NCBI GenBank assembly: GCA_036677065.1 | Contig: JAKFBS010000004.1 | Span: 544,001 to 608,000 of the forward strand | DNA: 64,000 nt | Direction of reading: 5' to 3' | DNA from: Bdellovibrio sp. | GTDB taxonomy: Bacteria > Bdellovibrionota > Bdellovibrionia > Bdellovibrionales > Bdellovibrionaceae | Shown here: positions 20,396 through 29,350 of the stretch, piece after piece | Numbering within the stretch: the first letter of the stretch is position 1 | Layout: each line of letters opens with the position of its first letter | The notes under the pieces: generated by a model | Told to the model about the DNA's origin: nothing | What the model saw: the letters and a program-made list of their open reading frames with translations, nothing else | Databases searched by the model: none | Program-made: the position numbers and the translations under genes

Positions 20396-21396
20396 TATGC
20401 GCTTAATGATAAAGAAACGATTTTAGCTATTAGGTCTTCGTAATCCACACCGGCTTTGTTGGCTGACAGGGCGTAGTCTTCGCGTTTACCGATCGAGGGA
20501 TTTGGATTGGCTTCGATAAAATAAATATCTTCGCCTTTAATACGCAAATCAATACGGCCAAAACCCTGAATGCCCAATAGGCGATAAATCTTTTTACAGA
20601 CTTCGTTTAATTTTTTCTGCATAGGTTCTGGAAACTCTGCAGCCCAGCCAGAATCAATACCCCACTTTTTGCGGTAAGCCTGATCCCATTTTGATTTGTA
20701 AGTCGCAAATTTTGGTTCATCTTCAGATTTTTGTTTGAAGAATAATTCGCGAGGCGGAAACACTTTTAAATTTTCATTACCTAAGATGCTTACGTAAACT
20801 TCGCGGCCATCAATAAATTCTTCAATGATGGCATCTGCGCCTAAGCTGTTGTGAATAAATTTAACACGTGCGATGGCTTCTTTTTCATTTTTAACAAATG
20901 AACTTTGTGAAATACCTTCTGAAGATTCTAAATCTAAAGGTTTAATAAAAGCAGGGAAGGGAAAACCCTTTAATGAATTCACTGCGCGAGCTTTTTTTGC
21001 CACCACAAATTTAGGAATTTTAATCTGATGATAATCTAAAATAACTTTTGTTAAACCTTTGTCTTTGCATAATTGTAAACTCATAGGGCCAGCGCCCGTA
21101 AAAGGAATGCCCATTAATTGCATTAACGATGTTAAATTTGGTTCAAAATCGCGTTTACCTAAAAAAGCCTCAGACATATTAAAGACTAAATCGGGTTTTT
21201 GTTCTTTAACAATTTTTAAGAAAGGTTCAATATCATCATGAATTCCGTACGGAATGACCTGGTGACCGAGTTTGATCAAGGTGTTTTTCACATCTTTTTC
21301 AATTTTCCAATCAGGAGTATTCCAGTAATCAGGATACTGCTCGGGAGTTAGCTTTAATGATAAATCAAATAGAAGTACGATCTTCAGTGATTTCAT
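20395..21396 (-). CDS. D-Ala-D-Ala ligase-like ATP-grasp enzyme (non-canonical)
   Basis: CKDKGLTK, FIKP..ESSEGI, EEFIDGRE, GRIDLR, EANPNP; lacks the GGxSxE/LHG N-terminal motifs of Ddl. Confidence 0.85.
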   Translation of the reverse strand: MKSLKIVLLFDLSLKLTPEQYPDYWNTPDWKIEKDVKNTLIKLGHQVIPYGIHDDIEPFLKIVKEQKPDLVFNMSEAFLGKRDFEPNLTSLMQLMGIPFTGAGPMSLQLCKDKGLTKVILDYHQIKIPKFVVAKKARAVNSLKGFPFPAFIKPLDLESSEGISQSSFVKNEKEAIARVKFIHNSLGADAIIEEFIDGREVYVSILGNENLKVFPPRELFFKQKSEDEPKFATYKSKWDQAYRKKWGIDSGWAAEFPEPMQKKLNEVCKKIYRLLGIQGFGRIDLRIKGEDIYFIEANPNPSIGKREDYALSANKAGVDYEDLIAKIVSLSLSA

Positions 21397-21398
21397 AG

Positions 21399-22436
21399 TT
21401 AGGCCTCTCTTTTAAATTTTCCGGTGAATAGATAATTTTTCACCAGACTGGTAAGAAAGCTTGCGGCTTCCATCGTTGTCTGGTTTTCAGATTTTCCAAG
21501 TCGCAATTCAAGTTGAGCACAGCGATCAATAAGACGTTTTACTAACGCGTCTATGGTAAATTTGCGCTCTTTCGTCGCCCACGCAACGGCAGCAACAATA
21601 GCTTTTTTATGGCGCTTCATAAACCTGCGCGCCGATAATTCAGTTTTTAATGCTGGATCACCGTTGAAAATCATTTTTAGATCGGTGTCATAAAAATCCG
21701 GATATTCATCTGCATTTTCTCTGCGGCGCTTCTGATAATATTTTTCTAGGGTTGATGTAAGATTTGCGACATTGCTTGGGGCACGGCCTTTTTCAGACGC
21801 GTTTTTTAATTTCACACTCTCTTTAGCTAAAGACTCCATGTAAGTTAATTTTTTCAAAGCTCCGGGCCATTTGCTGTATTCTTTTTTCCAGTCAATAGTG
21901 GGCGATAACCAAACTGCAAATGTTTCGGCAAAATCTTCATCGGGATGAGCTTGCGCGTACCAACGTTCTAAATGTTTTACATAGCCTTTAGAGTAAGGTT
22001 GCGGGCGATAAGTTTCTGGAGCGTAATCTTGCGAAGGTGAGCCAAACACCTGGCTCCATTTTTTTCTTTTTGAAAATCTGTAGCAATGATCAAAACAATG
22101 ACCGGCTTCGTGACGCAGAAGCTTCATAAACCATTCTGGACTGCCGCCTTCAACTTCTAACATCATTGATTTTTCTAAATGTTTTAGACGGGTATTGGCC
22201 AGGTAAAACGGGACCGCGATCGCGTTCATGCCTTCAGGGCTAAACCATTCATCGCCGAAAAATATTTGCGGTTTGAAATTTAAACCTTTGGCTTCAAGTT
22301 CTTTATAGAGCTGATCGACATAATCTTGCACTTCGCTTTCAGAAAGCGATAATTGAATATTTTTAAAACGCAGTTTTAAAATATCCTGATCAGATAATTC
22401 AGCTAATTCTTCAGCCTTAATAGTCTTCGATGACAT
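21399..22436 (-). CDS. Putative zinc-binding metallopeptidase (Peptidase_Mx-like zincin)
   Basis: LRHEAGH and YAQAHPDEDFAETFAVW motifs. Confidence 0.85.
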   Translation of the reverse strand: MSSKTIKAEELAELSDQDILKLRFKNIQLSLSESEVQDYVDQLYKELEAKGLNFKPQIFFGDEWFSPEGMNAIAVPFYLANTRLKHLEKSMMLEVEGGSPEWFMKLLRHEAGHCFDHCYRFSKRKKWSQVFGSPSQDYAPETYRPQPYSKGYVKHLERWYAQAHPDEDFAETFAVWLSPTIDWKKEYSKWPGALKKLTYMESLAKESVKLKNASEKGRAPSNVANLTSTLEKYYQKRRRENADEYPDFYDTDLKMIFNGDPALKTELSARRFMKRHKKAIVAAVAWATKERKFTIDALVKRLIDRCAQLELRLGKSENQTTMEAASFLTSLVKNYLFTGKFKREA

Positions 22437-22444
22437 ACACTATA

Positions 22445-22472
22445 CTATCGGCAGGTCTCATTATGATATTGA
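22445..22472 (-). promoter_or_regulatory. Sigma28/FliA-like promoter of the peptidase-ligase-FKBP operon
   Basis: Minus strand TCAA-N16-GCCGATAG just upstream of ATG 22436. Confidence 0.55.
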
Positions 22473-22514
22473 GCGCTGTGCCAAGGATTAGGCCCATGGT
22501 GCTAATCCTTTCGT

Positions 22515-22988
22515 CTAGTCTTTAATTTGTTTTTTCAAATCACGAATGACGTCTTCCAAAATTTTAATGGTGTGTTTCTTCTGCGTTTTTTCGGTCACGC
22601 TCCATTTATCAGTATTAGATCGCTTGTGAGCTAATTTAAACTTCATACCGGTCAGTGAAGTCGAGTAATCATTGGCGTTGAGCTTAGTTACGTTTTGATG
22701 ACCGATGATATACCAATGATATTCAGTTCCGACGGGTACACCACTGCCTTTGGGCGCTTTTCCGGCCCGGCGTTTCGTGACGTTGAAATTGACCTGCCAC
22801 TGATCTGGAGTCATCTTTTTTTCTGTCCACACACCGGCGTCGTAATTCCATTTATGCCCACGGCCGACTTTCATTCCCGTGTAACGCTGACCTTCAAAAG
22901 TTTTAAATTCGTTGTAGGTCTGCGCATAATTTTTTTTAAGTGCGGTATTTTCTTTTTTAGATATTTTTTTGTAAGCGCGTTGTCCCAT
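22515..22988 (-). CDS. Conserved-looking basic hypothetical protein
   Basis: GGAGG RBS before ATG 22988; YTGMKVGRGHKWNYD, GTEYHWYI motifs. Confidence 0.7.
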   Translation of the reverse strand: MGQRAYKKISKKENTALKKNYAQTYNEFKTFEGQRYTGMKVGRGHKWNYDAGVWTEKKMTPDQWQVNFNVTKRRAGKAPKGSGVPVGTEYHWYIIGHQNVTKLNANDYSTSLTGMKFKLAHKRSNTDKWSVTEKTQKKHTIKILEDVIRDLKKQIKD

Positions 22989-23054
22989 ATAGCCTCCGTT
23001 TAATGTTGCTATATAAAAACGTACAATCCACACGCCAAGACGGGGTAAATTTAA

Positions 23055-23489
23055 CTAACGGCAATCAAGCCCGGGTGTTTCGCCTTCATTTTTAAAATTG
23101 AAATAGGCTCTTGCCTCTAAATCATTAATGAAAAGCTGACCCGTGTAGTGAGTAAATTCACCTTCGTTTGTAGTTTGTGGGTACAGGCGTAAATGCACAC
23201 CATTCGCGTCGCCACGTAAATTAAGATCAGTCGTGTAAATTTCTGGAGTCATGCGTACATTGATATTTTCGTAAACTAAAATTTTATTTTTAAATACTGA
23301 AAGTTTTGCCGTAAAAAATAAAAAACCAATAAACGGATTTAACGGATCAATCGGGCGAAAAAAAGAAACTGCAACTGTATGATTTGCACTTTTTGCTGTT
23401 TGGCAATTGATCGACTTTAACTCAACAGCAAATGTTTCAGTAGCTACTGTTAAAATAAGAACAAGAATAATAAATCTCAGAATTTTCAT
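23055..23489 (-). CDS. Secreted hypothetical protein
   Basis: Signal peptide TFA|V; Cys near both ends of the mature protein. Confidence 0.65.
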   Translation of the reverse strand: MKILRFIILVLILTVATETFAVELKSINCQTAKSANHTVAVSFFRPIDPLNPFIGFLFFTAKLSVFKNKILVYENINVRMTPEIYTTDLNLRGDANGVHLRLYPQTTNEGEFTHYTGQLFINDLEARAYFNFKNEGETPGLDCR

Positions 23490-23611
23490 AGTTCAGTTTT
23501 TAAAACAGCGTGGGATTGAGTGGCAAGTAAACAGTCCAGTTGTGGCTAGTTAAAACTCATATGAGAAATTAAGACTTGAGAAGTGAATAAGCCTTAGTTT
23601 TAATATTACAT

Positions 23612-24265
23612 ATGCTTAAAAAATCACTTCTTTCTATGGCTGTTATTTCATTGTTATCTTTAAATTCTTTGGCCGCAGATAAAGGTCAGGGTAGGCTTTT
23701 TTTAGGATCAACTCAAATTAGTCCTGAAGATGTGAACACTGAACTTGAATCACAGGGTTTAAAACAATTTGATATGATCAACCAATTCGGCGTCGAGATA
23801 ACCTTACCAGCTTTAAAATTTGCCAATGCAGGGTTTCGGTACACGCATCGCATGATTAAAGAAGAAGAGCTAGTCGCAAGCACTGTTACTGATTATCAAG
23901 CAGAACTTACGCAGCAAGTGTTTGCCGGAATTTTGCGTGCGCCGTTAAATAATAACGACTTTGCAAAATTTGATTTATTTGTCGGAGCAGGTGTGACCAG
24001 CAGTGAGTTAAAAATCAAATCTCTTACTCAAGACGGATCGGTTGATAAAAAAGGTTACGCTTCACCAATGGCCGTAGCCGGAGGTTCAGCTTCATTCGGT
24101 GTTAAGAGCATATTTTTTACGATCGAAGCGGGTTATGAATACAACAAAGTCACTGGTCTTAAAGAAACCGGAACTGTTAGTGGTAATATCGATGAATTCG
24201 ATTTATCCGGCGGGTATTTAACTCTGGGTTTAATGTTTGATGGGGTTCCGGTTTTTAAAAAATGA
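23612..24265 (+). CDS. Outer-membrane beta-barrel protein (about 8 strands)
   Basis: Signal peptide; amphipathic strands; DLSGGYLTLGLMF C-terminal strand. Confidence 0.7.
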   Translation: MLKKSLLSMAVISLLSLNSLAADKGQGRLFLGSTQISPEDVNTELESQGLKQFDMINQFGVEITLPALKFANAGFRYTHRMIKEEELVASTVTDYQAELTQQVFAGILRAPLNNNDFAKFDLFVGAGVTSSELKIKSLTQDGSVDKKGYASPMAVAGGSASFGVKSIFFTIEAGYEYNKVTGLKETGTVSGNIDEFDLSGGYLTLGLMFDGVPVFKK

Positions 24266-24564
24266 AAAACATAAAATTTAAAATAACATTAGTAGTTGCG
24301 ATGCTGGCTGTCTTTACCGGCTGCGGTCTTAAAGTGATCAACCCGAACGAGCCAAATAACAAAGGCACCTTGGCTTTAGACATGTCATCGGGCAGTCCAA
24401 AACTGGTTGAAACTTACACCTGTAAGCTCGAATCTATGGGGAATCGCTTTTCAGCCGTGGGTAAAACTGAAGCAGAAGCTCGCACCGAAGTCGTGGCAAA
24501 ATGCCAAGATCGTACGTTGATTTCTAACTGCAAAGCTGATAACGCTAAGTGCGAAAAGAACTAA
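24262..24564 (+). CDS. Small Cys-containing lipoprotein
   Basis: Lipobox FTGC; four further Cys; ATGA overlap with the upstream gene. Confidence 0.7.
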   Translation: MKNIKFKITLVVAMLAVFTGCGLKVINPNEPNNKGTLALDMSSGSPKLVETYTCKLESMGNRFSAVGKTEAEARTEVVAKCQDRTLISNCKADNAKCEKN

Positions 24565-24585
24565 CACCAAAACCAGAGGAATTTT

Positions 24586-24912
24586 ATGCCAGTTTTCATT
24601 GCAAAAGTAATGCTCCAAGAAGTCGAGAGCGAAGATATTTACGAAGAATTAGATCAAGCGATGGCTGATGAAGAGGGTTACCCGTACATCACTGATGAAA
24701 ATGAAAAAATTTACGCTTTGCCACCTGATGAATATGAATTTGAAACTGAACTTTCTGGTAAAGAATTATTAAACATTATCAAAACAATTTGTGGCACCAT
24801 CGAAAAAAAGCACAAACTAAAAAAATCTCCGATAGTTTTAGTTGAAGCTGAAGATGTTTTTCACGCAAATCTTGAAGAATTATCTGACGAAGATTTTCAG
24901 TCACTTAATTAA
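24586..24912 (+). CDS. Acidic GhoS/DUF2622-like protein
   Basis: FIAKVML...DIYEELDQAMADEEG...YALPPDEY pattern resembles the GhoS family. Confidence 0.55.
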   Translation: MPVFIAKVMLQEVESEDIYEELDQAMADEEGYPYITDENEKIYALPPDEYEFETELSGKELLNIIKTICGTIEKKHKLKKSPIVLVEAEDVFHANLEELSDEDFQSLN

Positions 24913-25451
24913 TGGCTTTACCCTCAAAGCTTTACAGATTTAAGATTGAACTGTCTGATCTTGAAAAAGGATCATACCAATCGTTAGACTTTCGGGTGGC
25001 GCAACATCCATCTGAAAGTCTTTCATATTTGTTAACCAGAGTTTTAGCTTACTGTTTAAGTTATGAAGATGGTCTAGAATTTTCATCGCAAGGTTTAGCT
25101 GACCCTGACGCTCCCGCGATCAGTGTGCCGACACCAAACGGTAATCCCAAAGTGTGGATTGAAATCGGCAACCCTTCAGCGCGCCGAGTACATAAGGCGT
25201 CTAAAAGCGCAAATACCGTAAAAATATACACTTACAAAGACCCGCAAGTTTTATTAAATGAACTGAATTCTGAAACGGTTCATCGCAAAGAAGAAATACA
25301 AATCTATTCGTTATCAGCTGAGTTTTTAAATCAGTTAGAAAACGCCATGCAAAAAGATAATAAATGGACTGTGATCAATATGGATGGCGCTATTATGGTG
25401 AATGGCGAAAAATTCGATTTACAGTGTGATGTAAAACGCCACCAAGCCTGA
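24912..25451 (+). CDS. yaeQ: YaeQ family protein
   Basis: AQHPSES, RVLAYCL, WIEIGNP, KASK motifs. Confidence 0.9.
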   Translation: MALPSKLYRFKIELSDLEKGSYQSLDFRVAQHPSESLSYLLTRVLAYCLSYEDGLEFSSQGLADPDAPAISVPTPNGNPKVWIEIGNPSARRVHKASKSANTVKIYTYKDPQVLLNELNSETVHRKEEIQIYSLSAEFLNQLENAMQKDNKWTVINMDGAIMVNGEKFDLQCDVKRHQA

Positions 25452-25522
25452 CAAATTACCCCGTAATAAATTAAATTTTACTATTTATGTAGCGCTTTGC
25501 TGCATTTTTTCTGCATTTCATG

Positions 25523-25537
25523 TGGCACATTTTTCGC
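25523..25537 (+). promoter_or_regulatory. Sigma54-like promoter of the BON/general stress operon
   Basis: TGGCACATTTTTCGC (GG-N10-GC). Confidence 0.55.
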
Positions 25538-25588
25538 AAACTTTAATTCATTTGAAAATTATCTAACCCAAACAAAGGAAAGAAGAAA

Positions 25589-26032
25589 ATGATGAATCGA
25601 ATTATTATTGCCACAGTATTAGTAACAGCAGGATTTGCATGTGCAGAAAAACCATATAGAGCCAATGAAACCAGTGCCCAATCGAACCCACAAAGTTATG
25701 AGCGCTCTACAGCCGCTGAAACTGAAACAACTGACATGGATAATACAGCAATGAACAAACGTGATGCTGAAGGCAAACTTCTGCCGACAGATCAAATGCA
25801 AGGATCAACAGCTGATATCGAATTAACCCGCAAAATTCGCGAGATGTTAACCGATGAAGATTCGCTATCTATGAAAGCTCAAAATGTAAAAATCATTACC
25901 TTACAGGGTATTACGACATTGCGTGGGCCGGTAAACACGATGGCTGAAAAAAGAAAAATCGAGCAGTTAGCCAAATCCGCTGGTGCGAAAAGTATTAAAA
26001 ATCAACTCGAAGTCACAACAAAAACTGAGTAA
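25589..26032 (+). CDS. BON-domain (OsmY-like) lipoprotein
   Basis: Lipobox GFAC; DNTAMNKRD, NVKIIT..G.TTLRGPV, NQLEV. Confidence 0.88.
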   Translation: MMNRIIIATVLVTAGFACAEKPYRANETSAQSNPQSYERSTAAETETTDMDNTAMNKRDAEGKLLPTDQMQGSTADIELTRKIREMLTDEDSLSMKAQNVKIITLQGITTLRGPVNTMAEKRKIEQLAKSAGAKSIKNQLEVTTKTE

Positions 26033-26057
26033 CAACAAATAACGAACGGAGAATAAA

Positions 26058-26660
26058 ATGGAATTTAAAAAAAGTGATAAAGTAGTTTATGGTTTATTTG
26101 AAACAAGAGCAGCTCTGGAAGCTGCTGTTAATCAATTAAAAAGCGCGGGCTTTTTAAATAGCGACATTTCAGCGTTACTTCCTTCAGTGGGAGACACCAA
26201 AGAATTTGCGCATGAAAAACAAACTAAAGCACCAGAAGGTGCAACGACAGGTGTCGCTGGCGGCGCTGTGATCGGTGGAACCTTAGGCTGGTTAGCGGGT
26301 ATTGGTACCTTAGCGATTCCAGGCATTGGACCATTTGTAGCAGCTGGTCCGATCTTAGCTGGTCTTGCTGGGGCAGGTGTTGGCGGAGCCGTTGGAGGTA
26401 TTGCTGGTGCCTTAGTCGGTATGGGAATTCCAGAGTACGAAGCCAAACGTTTTGAAACTGCAGTTAAAGAAGGTGGTATTTTATTATCAGTTCATGCGGG
26501 TGTTGGTGACTGGGTTTCTAAAGCGAAAGACATTTTAAAACAATGTGGCGCTCATGATATTTCATCTACATCAGAAGCTAAAGGTGATGATGATTTTGAG
26601 CGTAGAGATGTGCCATTTGAATCTAAATCTACAGATACGAGTACAAATAAAAGATACTAA
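26058..26660 (+). CDS. General stress protein (YflT/DUF3341-like, Gly-zipper)
   Basis: KAPEGATTG, IPGIGPFVAAGP, GMGIPEYEAKRF. Confidence 0.82.
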   Translation: MEFKKSDKVVYGLFETRAALEAAVNQLKSAGFLNSDISALLPSVGDTKEFAHEKQTKAPEGATTGVAGGAVIGGTLGWLAGIGTLAIPGIGPFVAAGPILAGLAGAGVGGAVGGIAGALVGMGIPEYEAKRFETAVKEGGILLSVHAGVGDWVSKAKDILKQCGAHDISSTSEAKGDDDFERRDVPFESKSTDTSTNKRY

Positions 26661-26686
26661 TATATAGAGTATTTAATAAAGTCTAT

Positions 26687-26726
26687 AAAGCAGCTCGAGG
26701 TAATTTGCTTCGAGCTGCTTTTTTTT
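26687..26726 (+). terminator. Rho-independent terminator
   Basis: AAAGCAGCTCGAG / TTCGAGCTGCTTT stem followed by a T run. Confidence 0.85.
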
Positions 26727-26848
26727 GCTGTCTACAGAGTTGACAGTCCTGTTGCTTTTTCCTGTTAGCAAGAAAAATCACCTAATAAACAAAACCCATG
26801 ATATTTTTCTGCCTCACCAAAACCCAACCCCCTTTATGGAGGCTCTAA

Positions 26849-27904
26849 ATGAACAAGAAAACTATCATTAATATCTCGAAAGCTATTAGTTTAAGTGCTG
26901 CATTGGTCGTAAGCTTTTCAGTGCAAGAAGCTTCGGCTCAATCATCAAAATCAAAACCGAAGTACTTAGTTATTCAAAACGTTGCGACAGAAAAAACTCG
27001 TGTTTATGAACTTTGTTACACGGCTCCGGGCTGTGCGCATAAAATGGTTTTTGAAACAGTGATGTTAGTTGGTAAACGTAACGAAGAAAGCCAGCAAACT
27101 ATTCTGGGTACCTATCGTATCAGTCAGTGGGTAAAATTCTATCAAGATAATGCTAAAAACTATCCAAGCTGGTATGACCCAGCATTGCCAATGCCTCCCA
27201 AAGCAGATAAAGCGGCTACAAAATGGTTTAAAGATGATTACATGCCAAACGGCGGCGAAATGCGCGGAGCCTTTGGTTGGTATGCAGCTTTAGCTGAACC
27301 AAATGCTTTTGGTCAATGGATGCATGGAACAATCGGCTGGGGAGCGGACGAAGATAAATTCATCAACCGCGCTAAAAAAGGATTCTTTTCTTTATTCGCA
27401 GATTTACGTTCGCATGGTTGTACTCGCCATGAAAACAGAGCCATCGCTTATCTTCAGCATTTAGTGCCAGCAGGTACTCCGCTTATTAAAGTTTACGCGG
27501 AAGAAGTAGCTGATGACCCAAGTTTATCGCGTTATGCTGATCAAAAGAATCAGTTCTTATTCAACTACGCTTTAACAAAAGCTGATGTTCGTTCAAGTAA
27601 AGCGGCTAGTTCTGAATACTCTGTGACAATGGCCAAGATTGCTAAAGGCGAAATCAAGCAAGAAGATGTGTTAGAGCAAGGCAGTTACTTAGTTGACCGT
27701 GTTCCAACTATTAATCCGATCAACACTAAAAAAACTTCTAAATCTGGCGAATCAGGTGATGTGTATGAAGTAGGTCGTGAAAACTTTCGCGGAACTTATT
27801 CAGTAGATACAGGAAGATTTGCCAATTACGTTCACCCAACGAAATTAAAAGTTGGTGGCGACCAGTCTTTATTAACTTTACCAGATCTTGTTAAGACGAA
27901 ATAA
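26849..27904 (+). CDS. Secreted L,D-transpeptidase (YkuD fold)
   Basis: Signal peptide; WMHGT...SHGCTR catalytic motif. Confidence 0.88.
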   Translation: MNKKTIINISKAISLSAALVVSFSVQEASAQSSKSKPKYLVIQNVATEKTRVYELCYTAPGCAHKMVFETVMLVGKRNEESQQTILGTYRISQWVKFYQDNAKNYPSWYDPALPMPPKADKAATKWFKDDYMPNGGEMRGAFGWYAALAEPNAFGQWMHGTIGWGADEDKFINRAKKGFFSLFADLRSHGCTRHENRAIAYLQHLVPAGTPLIKVYAEEVADDPSLSRYADQKNQFLFNYALTKADVRSSKAASSEYSVTMAKIAKGEIKQEDVLEQGSYLVDRVPTINPINTKKTSKSGESGDVYEVGRENFRGTYSVDTGRFANYVHPTKLKVGGDQSLLTLPDLVKTK

Positions 27905-27927
27905 TTTTTTAAATTTCAATTTTAGAA

Positions 27928-27962
27928 ATATAAAAGCCAGGTTTATCACCTGGCTTTTATAT
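27928..27962. terminator. Rho-independent terminator
   Basis: ATATAAAAGCCAGGT / ACCTGGCTTTTATAT inverted repeat. Confidence 0.82.
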
Positions 27963-27977
27963 TTGGGGCCAGACCTG

Positions 27978-28006
27978 TTGACAAATTACTCAATTTAATC
28001 TAGCTT
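27978..28006 (+). promoter_or_regulatory. Sigma70 promoter upstream of the rsgA leader
   Basis: TTGACA-N17-TAGCTT. Confidence 0.65.
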
Positions 28007-28059
28007 GTATTTATTCGCGGCAATTAAGCCTGCAATAACTTTTCACCCAGGAGGTCTTT

Positions 28060-28104
28060 ATGGAAAATTTAACTATCAAGGGCCTTCTTGCGAATCTGGT
28101 TTAA
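28060..28104 (+). CDS. Putative 14-aa leader peptide (uORF) MENLTIKGLLANLV
   Basis: AGGAGG RBS just upstream; lies between the promoter and rsgA; overlaps a stem arm. Confidence 0.6.
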   Translation: MENLTIKGLLANLV

Positions 28105-28180
28105 ATCAAAAACATATTAGATTTCTATTCAAGGCCCTTAAGTCAGTTCGGTTTTTTTGAATTTAACTTAAGGAGTATAC

Positions 28181-29275
28181 ATGCTTAATTCCGATAAGGA
28201 ATTTTTACAGTTATTTGGTTGGGATGACTTTTTTGAAAGTCAGATTACCGACAATGTTAATACGTTATATCCAGCTCGAGTTATTTGCGAAGAGAGAAAT
28301 CTCTATCGAGTGCAAATAGCAAAAGATAAAGTCATTATGGCTACGATCAGCGGCAAGGTTCAACATAATGCCGTAACCAGGGTTGATTACCCCGCCGTTG
28401 GCGATTGGGTCATGCTTGAGCCTTCAGGGCAGTCAGACAGGGCGATGATTAATCAAGTCTTGCAACGAAAGACCATTGTTCAGAGAAAGCAAGCGGGCTT
28501 AACTTCTGACATGCAAATTCTTTCGACGAATGTGGATAATATTTTTATCACTTCGGCAGTAAATCATGATTTGAATTACCGTCGTATCGAACGCTACTTG
28601 GCCATCGCCCGTGATGCAGGTTCAACCCCGGTGGTTCTTTTAACAAAGGCCGACACAGCAGCAGATATTGCGCAAGTGATCGCCGGCGTAGAAAATGAAT
28701 TTCCAGGCGTGAGTGTTTATGCACTTTCAAAAGAAAATTTTGAAAGCGCAGAGTTTTTTAAAGACTATTTAAAAAAAGGAACGACATCGGTGGTGATAGG
28801 ATCTTCAGGAGTTGGTAAATCGACGCTGGTTAATTTTTTAATCAATAGCGACGAAATTAAAACTCAAACGGCCAGGGGTGATGACTGGAAAGGTCGTCAC
28901 ACCACGACATCGCGCAATTTGTATGTCAGTCGCTACGGTGGGCTCATTATCGATACGCCGGGAATGCGCGAGTTGCAACTGTCTGATCATTCAGAAGGTA
29001 TTAGCTCGCAGTTTTCAGATGTTGAAGACCTTATGACAAGTTGTCGCTTCAGTGATTGTCTGCACGCGACTGAACCAGGTTGTGCCATCATAAAAGGGTT
29101 AGCTGATGGATCGTTGCCCCAAGAGCGATGGCAAAATTATTTAAAGCTTCAAGCTGAAGTTCGTAATGGATTGAAAAAGCAAGATAAAGCCCTAGCGGCC
29201 GAAGATCGAAAGCTTTGGAAAAAAAGAAGTGTCGAAGCGCGCAATAACAGTCGCGCTAAAAAAGGCATCTATTAA
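28181..29275 (+). CDS. rsgA: Ribosome small subunit-dependent GTPase A (long type)
   Basis: PAVGDWV, TKAD, GSSGVGKST, GRHTTT, DTPG, CRFSDCLHATEPGC zinc site. Confidence 0.93.
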   Translation: MLNSDKEFLQLFGWDDFFESQITDNVNTLYPARVICEERNLYRVQIAKDKVIMATISGKVQHNAVTRVDYPAVGDWVMLEPSGQSDRAMINQVLQRKTIVQRKQAGLTSDMQILSTNVDNIFITSAVNHDLNYRRIERYLAIARDAGSTPVVLLTKADTAADIAQVIAGVENEFPGVSVYALSKENFESAEFFKDYLKKGTTSVVIGSSGVGKSTLVNFLINSDEIKTQTARGDDWKGRHTTTSRNLYVSRYGGLIIDTPGMRELQLSDHSEGISSQFSDVEDLMTSCRFSDCLHATEPGCAIIKGLADGSLPQERWQNYLKLQAEVRNGLKKQDKALAAEDRKLWKKRSVEARNNSRAKKGIY

Positions 29276-29301
29276 AGAATGGCGGGGAAACCCGCCATTC
29301 T
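29276..29301. terminator. GC-rich hairpin after rsgA
   Basis: AGAATGGCGGG-GAAA-CCCGCCATTCT. Confidence 0.7.
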
Positions 29302-29350
29302 CATTTACTGAGTCTGAAATTTGCTTGCTCTGTAAAACAGGGCGGTAAAT

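Noticed and set aside
20395..21396. Housekeeping ddl or vancomycin-resistance ligase
   Set aside because: Lacks the canonical N-terminal Ddl motifs and has no mur/fts or vanH/vanX context.
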